From assembly GCA_030390025.1 (NCBI GenBank), contig CM059431.1, positions 148,864,001-148,928,000 of the forward strand: 64,000 nucleotides of DNA, read 5' to 3'. This document shows positions 23,226 through 36,479 of the stretch, piece by piece. Source of the DNA: Squalus acanthias (Eukaryota). Position numbers and translations under genes: made by a program. How positions within the stretch are numbered: the stretch's first letter is position 1; every line of letters starts with the position of its first letter. The notes beneath the pieces were generated by a model that was not told where the DNA came from, did no database searches, and saw only the letters and a program-made list of their open reading frames with translations.

Positions 23226-25102
23226 CCTTCAAATATATCGCTGTTCCTTCATCGTCACTTGGTCAAAAGCCTGAAATTCTTTCCTTTACAGTATTGTGGG
23301 AGCACCTTCACCACACGGACTGCAGCGGCTCAAGAGGAAGGCCCACCATTTTATCATGGGTAAATAGGGATGGACATGTAATAGCGGCCTTGACAGCGTC
23401 AACCATATCCTGAGAAAAAAATTATAAAAATATTACAAATGGAATAAAATTACTGATTTTGTTTCTCACTGATTGAAACCAGTCGTGCCTTTGATCAGAG
23501 TGGCGCGTCACGATCCGCTAAAAAACTTGTCAACACAACCTGTCTCACCAATTCTATGGATTTATGATTGATACTGCTCACACTTTCCCAATTTCCCTAT
23601 ATTTTCAAATGTTGCTTGATAAAGTTCCACATATTACCAAAATTGAAGCCCTGGGATTAAATTGGCACTGTCAACAGTGACTGGTGCGAGGTATATCAGT
23701 ATTACAGTGACTGGTGTGGGGTGTAACAGTCCAGAGTGTGGCATGTATCAGAGGGTTACAGTGAGTGGTGTGGGGTATATCAGAGGATTACAGTGAGGGA
23801 TGTGGAGTATATCAGAGGGTCACAGTGAGTGGTGTGGGGTATATCAGACTGTTGCAGAGAGGGTTGTGGGGTACATCAGACTGTTACAGTGAGGGGTGTG
23901 GGGTATATCAGAGTGTGTTACAATGAGTGGCGTGGGGTATATCAGTGTGTTACCTTGAGAATGGTGGGGTATATCAGTACGACAGTGACTGGTGTGGGTT
24001 GTAACAGTCCAGAATGTGACATGTATCAGAGTGTTACAGTGAGGGGTGTGGGTTTTATCAGAATATTACTTTCAGGGGATCTGGCATATATCAAAGAGTG
24101 TTAGAGTGAAGGGTGCGGGTATATCAGACTGTTACAGTGAGCAGTGTGGGGGATATCAGTGTGTTACCATGATGGGTGTGGGGTATATCAGAGTGTTACA
24201 GTTATTGGTGTGGGGTATATCCGAGTGTTAAATTGAGGGGTGTGGGTTATATCAGCGTTTTACAGTGAAGAGTGTGGGGTATTTCAGAGTGTTACAGTGT
24301 GGGATGTGGGTTGTTTCAACGTGTTACAGTGTGGATTGTGGAGTATATCAGAATGTGTTTCAGTGAGTGGTGTGGGGTATATCAGTGTGTTATAGTGAGG
24401 GGTGTGGGGTATATCAAAGTGTTACGGTGAAGCATGTGGGGAACACGAGTGTGTCTCAGTGAGGGTTGTAGGGTATATCAATGTGTTACAGTGAGATGTG
24501 TGGTCTATACCAGATTGTTACATTGAGGGGTGTGTGTTATATAAGAGAGTTAGAGTGAGAGGTGTGGGGGTTATCAGCTGTTTACAGTGAATGGTGTGTG
24601 GTATATCAGTGTTACAGTGATGGGCGTGGCGTATGTAAGAATGTTAGAGCGAGTGATGTGGGATAAAGCAGATTGTTTCAGTGAATGGTCTTTTCTTTAT
24701 CATAATGTTACAGTGAGGGTGTGGGTTATATCAGAGTGTTACATTGAGGGTTGTGAAGTTTATCAATGTATGTTATAGTATGGGGTGTGGGGTATATAAG
24801 AGTGTTATATTGAGTGATGTGGGGTGTATTAGAGTGTTATAGTGTCGGGTGTGGCGTATATCAGAGTGTTACAGTGAGGGGTGTGGAGTATATCAGAGTG
24901 TGGAATTTTGATGAAGGTGGAGTCTATCAGAGTGGTGCGAGGTATATCATTATTACAGTGAGGGGTGTGGGGTATATCAGATAATTACAGTGAAGGTTTG
25001 TGAGGTATATCAGTGTTAGAGTGAGGGTGTGTGGTATATCAGAGTGTTGCAGTTAGTGGAGTGCGGTATATCAGAGTGTTACAGTGAGGGGTGTGTGGTA
25101 TA

Positions 25103-26073
25103 TCCAATGATTTGGATGAAGGGACCAAATGTAATATATCCAAGTTTGCTGATGATACAAAGCTGTGTGGGAATGTAAGTTATGAGGAGGATGCAAGGAG
25201 GCTTCAAGGGGATATAGGCAGGCTAAGTCAGTGTTAAAGAACATGGCAAATGGAGTATAACGAGGAGAAATATGAAGTTATCCACTTTGGTAGGAGAAAT
25301 AGAAAAGCAGTGTATTTTATAAATGGTGAGAGATTGGGAAGTGTTGGTGTTCAGACGGAACTGGGCGTCCTTGTACACGAATCACTGAAAGATAACAAGC
25401 AGGTACAGCAAGCAATTATGAAAGCAAATGGTATTTTGGCTTTTATTACAAGAGGATTTGAGTTTAAGATTAAAGACGGCTGCAAGTATATAGAGCCCTG
25501 GTGAGACCACACCTGGAGTAGTGTGTACAGTTTTGGTCTTCTTACCTAAGGAAGGATATATTTCCAATGGAGGGAGTGCAATGAAGGTTCACCAGACTGA
25601 TTCCTGGGATGCGGGGATTATCCTATAAGGAGTGTTTAAATAGACTAGGCCTATGTTCTCTAGAGTTTAGAACAATGGGAGGTGATCTGATTGAAACATA
25701 AGATATTCTTACAGGGCTTGACAGGGTAGATGCTTGAGGATGTTTCACCTGGCTGGGGAGTCTAAAACCGGGGGTCAGAGTCTCAGAATAAGGCGTCGGA
25801 CATTTAGGACTGAGATGAGGAGAAGTTTCTTCACTGAGAGGGTGGTGAATCTTTGGAATTCTCTACCCCAGAGGGCTGTGGAGGCTCAGTCGTTGAATCT
25901 ATGTAAGACAGAGATCGATAGATTTTTGGATATTAAGGGAATCAAGGGATATGGGGATAGTGCAGAAAAGTGGGGTTGAGGGAGAAGATCAGCCATGATC
26001 TTACTGCATGACAGAGCAGGCTCGCGGGGCTGAAAGGCCTAATCCTGCTCCTTTTTCTCTCATTTAAGTTCTT
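25103..26073 (+). mobile_element. CR1 LINE 3' fragment inserted in the satellite
   Basis: ISKFADDTKL at ~25135; C-terminus ORF 25734-25979; 3'UTR. Confidence 0.95.
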
Positions 26074-26414
26074 ATATCAGAGTGTTAAATTGAGGGGTGT
26101 GGGGTATATCAGAGTGTTATAGTGTTTGGTGTGGCATATATCAGAGTGCTACAGTGAGGGTTGAGGTCTACATCTGAGATTTATGGAGATGTGGGGTTAT
26201 TAAGGGCGTTGCACTGAGAGGTTTGGGAATATCAGATTGTTACATTTATGGGGTGTGATATATCAGAGTGTTACACTGAAGAGTGTGGGGAATAGCAGTG
26301 TGTTACAGTGAGGGGTTTAGGGCATATCAAATTGTTACAATGAGTGGTGTGGGTTTTATCTGAATGTTACAGTGAGTGGTGTGGTGTATATCAGGGTACT
26401 ACACTGAGTGGTGT

Positions 26415-29400
26415 GGCCAGGAATCGCAAGGCGACCTCGGGGCCAGAGACCAGAGGAGAGTTCGGGGCCAGGAATCACGAGTGTAATCGGGGCCAGGAAT
26501 CGGGAGGCGAGCTCGGGGCCAGGAACCACGAGTGGCGCTCGGGGACAGGAATACTAATACAAATACAGGCACAAATACAAACAAACTGATGGGGAACCAC
26601 TAAAATTCCCCTGGCTAACCTTCACCAGAATATCAGTGCCGATTTGATCTTGTGAGGGATAACATCATTCATGTCCGGGGCCGGGACCCAGAAGCCAGGA
26701 GTAGCCCAGCAGCGAAGTCAAGGCCCAGGAGTTGCGCAGAGTGGACCAGCAGCGGAGTCGGGGCTCAGGGAAGGTGCGGCACGGGACAACAGCGAGTTCG
26801 GGAGGACCACAATGCATGCTACGAAACCCAGGCAGAGAGGACCTATGGGAAGGAGGGAGGAGGACAGAAGGAGTATGTTTGTGTGTGTGTGATTGGCCGA
26901 TGCAGCAGAGCCTTGTCTCCAAACGTCTTGTATCCCCTTGCCATTGGACCAAGACATTGCTCTGTGAAGCCCGTGTGCCAGCTGATGTGCAAAGGCCACC
27001 CCACGTTAAAATATTCACGGCAGGCATTTACACCTTTTAAAATGAAGTTCGGGTCCTGGAACTTCAGGAACCTCATGGACAACCCCAACAGTCGGAAACC
27101 GGAACGCCGTACTGCTATCGTTGTCCGGGAGCTCAGATGTTTCGGCATTGACATCGCCGCCCTGAGTGATACCCGGCGGGCAGGGGAAGGCCAGCTCAAG
27201 GAGCAAGGAGTTGGCTACACCTTCTTCTGGAAAGGCAAACCTGAAGAAGAACGCCACCTCCAAGGGGTAGGGTTTGCCATAAAAAAAGATCTAGTTGGGC
27301 GTCTCAGAGACTCCCGTTGCCATATAAACGAGTGCCTCATGTCTCTTCGGCTCACCCTAGCCCGGAACCAGTGCGCTACGGTCATCATTGCATACGCCAC
27401 AACACTGGAAGCCACAGACGAGCCCAAAGAGGAATTCTGCAACCAGCCTCGAACAATCCCTGTCTCGAGTCCCAACGGGCGACAAGCTGATCCTCCTTGG
27501 CGACTTTAACGCCAGAGTTGGAAAGGACACAGACCTCTGGGGAGGTGTGATCGGCAGAGCGGGGGTAGGGGAAGACAACTCCAACGGTACCTCCTCCTGA
27601 CGAAATGCTTAGAACATGGCCTTGTCATAACCAACACCTTATTCCGTCAGAGAGACAAGTGGAAGGCTTCAAGCCAGCACCCTCGCTCCAAACACTGACA
27701 TCTGCTTGACTACGTCATCATCCGAGCGAGAGATTGCATGGACGTCTGCATCACCCGCGCCATGACAGGAGCTGACGACTGCTGTACAGACCACTGCCTA
27801 ATCCGATCTGTCATCTCCATTAATGTACCCCTAAATAAGCAGCGGCAACAGAAAGAATGCTGCAGGAAAATCAACGCTGGAGCACTCAAAGATCCCGCTA
27901 AGCAAGCCCTTTTCAGCCTGCGCCTCACAACGAACCTGATCACTCCCAGTGATGCAGAGGCACAGAGTATCCACAGCGCCTGGTCTGCACTCAAGGCCTC
28001 CATAATCAGCACCTGCGAAGAGACGCTCGTTCACTCGTCCAAGAAACACCAAGAGTGGTTCGACGAGAACGACCAGGAGATCCAGGAGCTAATATGCCAG
28101 AAGCGCAAGGCATTCCTGAATGGGAAACAGCAATACAACCCGAGAGCAAGAAAGCAGCTCTACAGATGCGTGAAGGCAGAGGTCCAACAAAAAACTCGCA
28201 AATTAAAGAACAGATGTTTGGTGGAGAAAACACAGGAGATCCAGCAGCTAGCCGACGACCACAACATGCGTGGATTCTTTAGCGCATTCAGGACGACCTA
28301 CGGCCCAATCACCCAAGGTCCTTCCCCACTGCGGGCCAAGAACGGAGTGGTAATCATCAAGGACAGGGAGGCAGTCATTGCCCGCTGGAAGGAGCACTTC
28401 GAAATCTCCTTAACCGAGAATCTGACTTTGACGCGAATGTCCTGAACTCCAACTCGCAGCATGCTACCCACCACCACCTCAGCTTAACCCCAGCCCGGCA
28501 AGAGGTTGAATAAGCCATCCGACAACTGAAGAACAATAAGGCCTCAGGAGCAGATGGAATCCTCTCAGAGGCGCTAAAACATGGCTGAGAAGCACTATTG
28601 GCACGAATATATGAACTCATTTCGCTTATTTGGAAGGAGGAGAGCATGCCAGGGGATCTCAGAGATGCGGTAATCGTGACCATCTTCAAGAAAGATGACA
28701 AGTCCGATTGCGGTAATTCAGAGGAGTCTCCCTGCTGTCTGCCACAGGGAAAGTCATCGCAAGAATCCTCCTCAATCGCCTTCTCCCAGTGGCTGAGGAG
28801 CTCCTCCCAGAGTCGCAATGCGGATTCCGCCCACTAAGGGGCACAATGGACATGATCTTCACCGCCTGTCAACTACAAGAGAAATGCAGGGAACAGCGCC
28901 AACCACTGTACATGGCCTTCTTTGATCTCACAAAGGCCTTCAACACCATCAACGGTGAGGGAGTATGAAGTATCCTCGTCAAATTCGGCTCCTCTCAAAT
29001 GTTTGTCAGCATTCTCCGCCTGCTTCACGACGACATGCAAAACGTGATCCTGACCAACGGATCCACCACAGACTCAATTCACGTACGGACCGGGGTCAAG
29101 CAAGGCTGTGTCATCGCACCAACGCTCTTCTCGATCTTCCTGGCTGCAATGCTCCATCTCACCCTCAGTAAGCTCCCCACTGGAGTGGAACTAATTTACA
29201 GAACAAACGGGAAACTGTTCAACCTCCGTCGCCTCCAGTCCAGATCCAAGGTCGTTTCATCCACTGTCATCGAATTACAGTATGCAGACGACGCTTGAGT
29301 CTGCGCACACACTGATGCCGAACTCCAAACCATCGTCAACACCTTCACCGAAGTGCACGAGTGCATGGGCCTTACACTAAACATCCATAAGACAAATGTT

Positions 29401-30285
29401 CTCTACCAACCTGCCCCGGCCACGCAGTGCTGTAACCGGATTAGCATTACACACTACGAGGCCTTGGACAACGTGGACCACTTTGCATACCTCGAGAGTC
29501 AACTATCAACAAGGTCAGACGTCGATGACGCTGCACAACACCGTCTTCATTGTGCCAGTGCAGCCTTGTCGCCTGAGGAAGCGAGTGTTTGAAGATCAGG
29601 AAGTCAAACACAGCACCAAGCTCATGGTCTACAGAGCAGTAGTGATAACTGCCCTCCTGTATGCTTCAGAGACATGTACCATGTACAGCAGGCACCTCAA
29701 AGCACTGGAGAGGTACCACCAACGCTGCCTCCGCATGATCATGCAAACCCATTGGCAGGGTAAGCGTACCAACGTCAGTGTTCTCGCTCAGGGCAACATC
29801 CCCAGCATCAAAGCTTTTTTTCACGCTCGATCAGCTCTGATGGACGGGCCACAACGTTCGCATGCCCGATACGAGACTCCCAAAATAAACGCGCTGCTCG
29901 GAACTCCGACACGGCAAAAGAGGCCCAGGCGTGCAGAGGAAACGCTTCAAAGACACCCTCAAAGCCTCCTTGAAAAAGTGTAACCTCCCCCACCGACACC
30001 TGGGATTCCCTCGCCCAGGATCACAAAAAGTGGAGGAGAAGCATTTGGGAAGGCACCAAGCACCTCGAGTCTCTTCGCCGGGAGCAAGTGGAAGCCAAGC
30101 ACAAATAGTGGAAGGAGCGCACGTCAACCCAAGTACCCCACACACCCGCCCCGTCAAACACCGTCTACCCGACCTGTGACAGAGACTGTAGTTTCGGCAT
30201 TGGACTCATCAGTCACCTGAGAATTCATTTTTACTGTGGAAGCAAGTAAGCCTCGGTTCCGAGGGAATGCCTAAGAAGAAGAAGA
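26415..30285 (+). mobile_element. Near full-length RTE-clade (BovB-like) LINE, degenerate
   Basis: 5'UTR with ggccaggaatc repeats; EN start MKFGSWNFRNLMD at ~27042 and LILLGDFNARVG; RT TGVKQGCVIAPTLF...LQYADDA; C-terminal PTCDRDCSFGIGLISHLRIH; (aag)n tail at ~30273-30285. Confidence 0.92.
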
Positions 30286-32212
30286 CGTTAAAGTAAGTGG
30301 TGTGGGGTATATCAGTGTGTTAAAATGAGGGGTGTAAGTATATCAGAGTGTTACAGTGTAGGGTGTGGGGTATATCAGGGCTTTACACTGAGAGAATTTG
30401 GGATATATCAGAGGGTTACATTTAGTGGGGCATGTTATATCATTGTGTTATAGGGAAGAGTGTGGGGAAGAGCAGTGTGTTATAGTGAGGGGCGTGGGGT
30501 ATATCACAGTGCAACAGTGAGGGATGTGTTATAGCAGAGTGTTACAGTGAGGGTTGTCGTGTATATCAGACTGTTAAGGTGAGGGGTGTGAGTGTATCAG
30601 AGTTTTGCATTGTAGGGTGTGGGGTATATAAGAGTGTTACAATGAGCGGTGTGTGGGCTATAAAACTGTTACCATGAGGAGTAAGTGGTACACCAGAGGG
30701 TGATACAGTGAGAGATGAGGGGTATATCAGACTGTTACTGGATTGTGGGTTATATCTGAGTCTTACAGTGAGGGGTGTGGGGAATATCAGAGTGTGTTAC
30801 AGTGAGTGGTGCGTGGTATATCAGTACTACAGTGTGTGGTGTGGGGAGTAACAACCCAGAGTGTGCCATATATCAGAGTGTTACTTTCAGTGTGGTGTTG
30901 TATATCAGTGTGTCAAAGTGAGGGTTTACGGTATGTCAGAGTGTTATAATGAGTGGTGCGGTTTATATCAGAGTGTTACAGTGAGTGATGTGGGGTATAT
31001 CAGAGTGTTACAGTGAGGGGTGTGGGTATATCAGAGTGTTACAGTGAGGGGTGTGGGGAATATCAGATTGTTAAATTGAGGGTTGTTGTGTATAGCAGAG
31101 CGTTATAATGATGGGTTTGGCGCATATCAGCGTGTTTAATTGAGGGGTGTTGGGTATATCAGAATGTTACAGCGTGTGCTGAGTTCTATATAAGAGATTT
31201 ACGGGAATGTGGCGTATATCAGGGCGTTGCACTGAGAGCTTTGGGATATATCAGAGTGTTACATTTATTGGGGTGTGGTATATCGGTGTTTTATATTGAA
31301 TAGTGTGGGAATAGCAGTGTGGTATCGTGAGAGGTGTGGGCTACATCAAAGTGTTACAGTGAGGGGTGTGGGGTAAATCAGTTTTAAAGTGATGTGTGTG
31401 GGAAATATCTGAGTTTACAATGAGTGGTGTGCTGTATATCACAGTGGTACAGTGAGGGTTGTGCGTGATATCAAAGTGTTACACTGTTGATTGTGTCGTG
31501 TATCAAAGTGTTGCAGTGAGGGATGTGGGATATGTAAGGATGCTTCGAGGGTGTGGTGCATATCACAGTGTAACAGTGAGTGATGTGTGGTATATTGGAG
31601 TGTTACAGTGAGTGGTGTGGGGTATATCAATGTGCTACAATGAGGGGCGTGGGCTATATCTGACTGTTACAGGGTTATGGGTTACATCAGAGTGCTACAG
31701 TGAGCGGTGTGGTGCATATCAGAGTGTTACAGTGAGCGGTGTGGAGATATCAGAGTGTTACCGTGAGGGGTGTGGGGTATTTCAGAGAGCGTTACAGTGA
31801 GTGGTGTTGGATATACAGACTGTTACTGAGTTGTGGGGTACATCAGATTGTTACAGTGATGGGTGTGTTGTATATCAGAGTGTTACAGATAAGACTATGT
31901 GGAATATCAGAGTCTTTCAGAGAGGGGTGTGGGCATTTCAGAGTGTTACAGTGAATGGTGTGGAGTTAATCAGAGTGTTACAGTGAGCGATTTGGGGGAT
32001 ATCAGACTGTTTCCGTGAGGGCTGTGGGGTATTTCAGAGTGTTACAGTGAGGGATGGGGGTATATCAGAGTGTTACAGTGAGGGGTATGGGGTATATCAG
32101 AGTTTTAAACTGAGGGGTGTGGAGTATATCAGACTATTACAGTGAGGGGTGTGGGGTATTTCGGAGAGTTACAGTGAGGGATGGGGGTACATCAGAGTGT
32201 TACAGTGAGCGG

Positions 32213-32690
32213 TGATAGGGTAAATTGTAGGTTTGGATAACCTTTAAATGTATATTAGAGTTGCATTAGAAGCTATGCTATTAAAACTTTACACTAACTC
32301 CAAGGCATGACGGGAAGCTTGACCAAAATCAGACCAAAGCGCAGTGTCAGCATTTTACACTATCAGTAGCTGTAATAAAGTTTCTGCACGAATACTTGAA
32401 CCAGGAACATTGAACAAAGATAATGGTAATTGGAGGCAGGATAAAGATAAACAAAACTGCAGAAAGGCAGAAGTAAGGGCCTTGGGTCTGGGACAGTTGA
32501 GATAGCGGGAAGCATCTGCCAAAGCCTACTTAACCGGTAATTAACGATTGGTTATGTATAAATAAACTGCCGTGACCATTGTAAATTTGAGAGACTTCGC
32601 TATGCTGAAGGCTCTCCCCTGCATGCTTGTAATAAAGTTTCTTTCATATCGCAGCCTACCGGTGACACCGAGTGGTTTATTTCCACAACA
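32213..32690 (+). mobile_element. Solo LTR (478 bp), copy 1
   Basis: TG...CA termini, GCGG TSD at 32209-32212 and 32691-32694, AATAAA near the 3' end. Confidence 0.85.
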
Positions 32691-33898
32691 GCGGTGTGGG
32701 ATATATCAGAATGTTACACTGTGGGTCTGAGGTATAACAGAGTGTTACAGTGAGCAGAGTGGAGTATATAAGAGTGTTACAGTGAGGAGAGTGGGTTATA
32801 TCGGAGTGTTACAGTGAGCGATGTGGGGTAGATAAGAGTGTTACAGTGAGCGATGTGGGATATATCGGACTGTTACAGTGAGCAGTGTGGGGGATATCAT
32901 TGTGTTACCGTGAGGGGTGTGGGGTATTTCAGAGAGCGTTACAGTGAGTGGTGTTGGATATACAGACTGTTACTGGGTTGTGGGGTACATCAGATTGTTA
33001 CAGTGATGGGTGTGGTGTATATCAGAGTGTTACAGAGAAGACTGTGGGGAATATCAGAGTGATTCAGAAAGGGGTGTGGGCATATCAGAGTGTTACAGTG
33101 AATGGTGTGGAGTATATCAGAGTGTTACAGTGAGCGATTTGGGGGATATCAGACTTTTACCGTGAGGGCTGTTGGGTATTTCAGAGTGTTACAGTGAGGG
33201 AAGGGGGTATATCAGAGTGTTAAAGTGAGGGGTGTGGGGTATATCAGAGTGTTAAAGTGAGGGGTATGGGGTATATCAGAGTGTTACAGTGAGCGATGTG
33301 GGGTATATAAGAGTGTTACAGTGAGCGATGTGGGATATATCGGAGTGTTACAGTGAGCGGTGTGGGGGATATCAGAGTGTTACCGTGAGGGGTGTTGGGT
33401 ATTTCAGAGAGCGTTACAGTTAGTGGTTTTGGATATACAGACTGTTACTGGGTTGTGGGGTACATCAGATTGTTACAGTGATGGGTGTGGTGTATATCAG
33501 AGTGCTACAGAGTAGACTGTAGGGAATATCACAGTGTTTCAGAGAGGGGTGTGGGCATATCAGAGTGTTACAGTGAATGGTGTGGAGTATATCTGAGTGT
33601 TACAGTGAGCGATTTTGGGGATAGCAGACTGTTACCGTGAGGGCTGTGGAGTATTTCAGATTGTTACAGTGAGGGATGGGGTTATATCAGGGTGTTAAAG
33701 TGAGGGGTGTGGGGTATATCAGAGTGTTACAGTGAGGGGTGTGGGGTATATCAGAGTTTTAAAGTGAGGGGTGTGGAGTATATCAGACTGTTACAGTGCG
33801 GGGTGTTGGGTATATCAGAGTGTTACAGTGAGGGGTGTGGGGTATTTCAGAGAGTTACAGTGAGGGATGGGGGTATATCAGAGTGTTACAGTGAGCGG

Positions 33899-34376
33899 TG
33901 ATAGGGTAAATTGTAGGTTTGGATAACATTTAAATGTATATTAGAGTTGCATTAGAAGCTATGCTATTAAAACTTTACACTAAATGCAAGGCATGACTGG
34001 AAACTTGACCAAAATCAGACCAAAGCGCTGTGTCAGCATTTAACACTAGCAGTAGCTGTAATAAAGTTTCTGCACGCATACTTGAACCAGGAGCATTGAA
34101 CAAAGATAATGGTAATTGGAGGCAGGATAAAGATAAACAAAACTGCAGAAAGTCAGAAGTACGGGCCTTGGGTCTGGGACAGTTGAGATAGCGGGAAGCA
34201 TCTGCCAAAGCCTACTTAACCGGTAATTAACGGTTGATTATGTATAAATAAACTGCCGTGACCATTCTAAATTTGAGAGACTTCGCTACGCTGAAGGCTC
34301 TCCCCTGCATGCTTGTAATAAAGTTTCTTTCATATCGCAGCCTACCCGGGACACCTAGTTGTTTATTTCCACAACA
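33899..34376 (+). mobile_element. Solo LTR (478 bp), copy 2
   Basis: Highly similar to copy 1, with the same GCGG TSD (33895-33898 and 34377-34380) and the same satellite flanks. Confidence 0.85.
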
Positions 34377-36479
34377 GCGGTGTGGGATATATCAGAATGT
34401 TACACTGTGGGTCTGAGGTATAACAGAGTGTTACAGTGAGCAGAGTGGGGCATATAAGAGTGTTACAGTGAGGAGAGTGGGTTATATCGGAGTGTTACAG
34501 TGAGCGATGTGGGGTATATAAGAGTGTTACAGTGAGCGATGTGGGATATATCGGACTGTTACAGTGAGCGGTGTGGGATATATCATTGTGTTACAGTAAG
34601 GGGTGTAGGGTATATCAGAGTGTTACAGTGAGCAGAGTGGGGTATATCAGAGAGTGTTACAGTGAGCAGTTTGGGTATTTCAGACTCTTACCGTGAAGGG
34701 TGTGGGGTATATCACAGAGTGTTACAATGAGGGGTGTGGGGTATATCAGAGTGTTACAGTGAGGGGTGTGAGGTATATCAGAGTGGTACAGTGAGGGGTG
34801 TGGTGTATATCAGAGTGCTACAGTGACGGGAGTGGGGTATATCACAGAGTGGTACAGTGAGGGATGTGGGATATATCACAGTGTTACAGTGAGGGGTGTG
34901 GGGTATATCAGAGTGTTACATTGAGTGGTGTGGGATATATCAGACTGTTACAATGAGGGGTATGAGGTATATCAGAGCGTTACATTGAGGGTTGTGGGGG
35001 ATAACAGAGTGTTACAGTGTGGGGTGTGGGGTATATCAGAGTGTCACAGTGAGCGGTGTGTGGTATATCAGAGTGTTACAGTGAGGGTTGTGTAGTGTAT
35101 CAGTGTGTTACAGTGAGGGATGTGGGGTATATCAGAGTCTTACCATGAGCTGTGTGGTGTATATCATATTGCTACATTGACGGCTGTGGGGTATATCAGA
35201 GATTTTCAGTGTGGAGTGTTGGAGTATTTCAGAGTGTTACAATGTTGGGTGTGGAGAATATCAGAGTATGCTACAAAGAGCGGTGTGGGATATATCAGAT
35301 TGTTTCAGTGAGTGGTGTGGTGTATATCAGAGTGATACAGTGAGGGGTGTAGAGTATATCAGAGCGTGTTACAGTGACTGGAATGGGATATATCAGATTG
35401 TTGCGGGGTATGGGGTATATTAGAGTATTCCAGTGAGTGGTTTGGGGTATATTAGAGTGTTACAGAGGCTTGTGGGGGAGATGAGATATGTTACAGTGTT
35501 GGGTGTTTAGTTTATCAGAGTATTACAGTGAGCGGTGTGTGGTATATCATAGTTTATCAGTGAGTGGTGTGGGATATATCAGAGTGTTACAGTGAAGTGT
35601 GTGAGGTTTATCAGATTGCTGCAGTGTATGTCGTGTGGTATATCACAGTGTTACAGTGAGGGTTGTGGATTATATCAGAGCGTTAGAGTGAGAGCTTTGG
35701 GGTATATCAGAGGCTTCCAGTGATGTGTGTGGGATATTTCAGTGCTGGAGTGTGAGCTGCGGGGGTATGTCAGAGCGTTATAGTGCGGGGTGTGCACTAT
35801 AACTGATTTTTAAATTGTGGGGTTTTGCGGAGATCAGAGTGTTACTGCGAGTGTTGAAGTCTATATCAGAGAGTTACAGGTGTGCGGTGGTATATCAGAG
35901 CATTGCAGTGACTGGTGTGGGTTATATCATAGTGTTACAGTGAGGGGTTGTGTACTCTCTCAGAGTGTTACAGTGAGGGGTGTGGAGTATATCAGACTGT
36001 AACAGTGAGTGGTGTAGGAAATATCAATGTGTCACGGGTTTGTGGGATATATTAGTTTACAGTTTCTGGTGTGTGTTGTATCAGAGTGTTAAAGAGAGGA
36101 GTGTGGGGTACATCACAGTGTAACAGTGAGGGGTGTGGTGAATATCAGAGTATTACAGTGAGGGCTGTGGGGGATATCAGACTGTTACAGTGAGGGAAGT
36201 GCGGTATTTCAATGAGTGTTACATTTAGTGGTGTGGGACATATCAAAGTGTTACGGGTGTGTCGGGTATATTAAGTGTTACAGTGATTGGTGTGGGATAT
36301 ATCAAAGTATTACAGTAAGGGGTGTGGTGTATATCACGTTATTTCAGTGAGGGCTGTGGGTTATATCAGAGTGTTACTGTGAGGGTTGTGGACTATCTCA
36401 GAGTGTTACAGTGAGGGGTGTGTAGTATATCAGAGAGTATTACTGTGAGTGATGTGGGATATATCAGAGTTGCAGAGTA

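Larger units (their letters stand above)
23675..36475. repeat. 32-bp G-rich satellite (cagtgaggggtgtggggtatatcagagtgtta), interrupted by CR1, RTE and two LTRs
   Basis: Obvious periodicity over ~13 kb including insertions; higher-order blocks around 31740-34590. Confidence 0.95.

Noticed and set aside
26398..30306. TSD around the RTE element (agtggtgtgg on both sides)
   Set aside because: Cannot be distinguished from the satellite's own periodicity.
32213..34376. Two LTRs as the ends of one provirus or LTR retrotransposon
   Set aside because: The interior is pure 32-bp satellite with no PBS, PPT or gag-pol, and each LTR has its own complete GCGG TSD.
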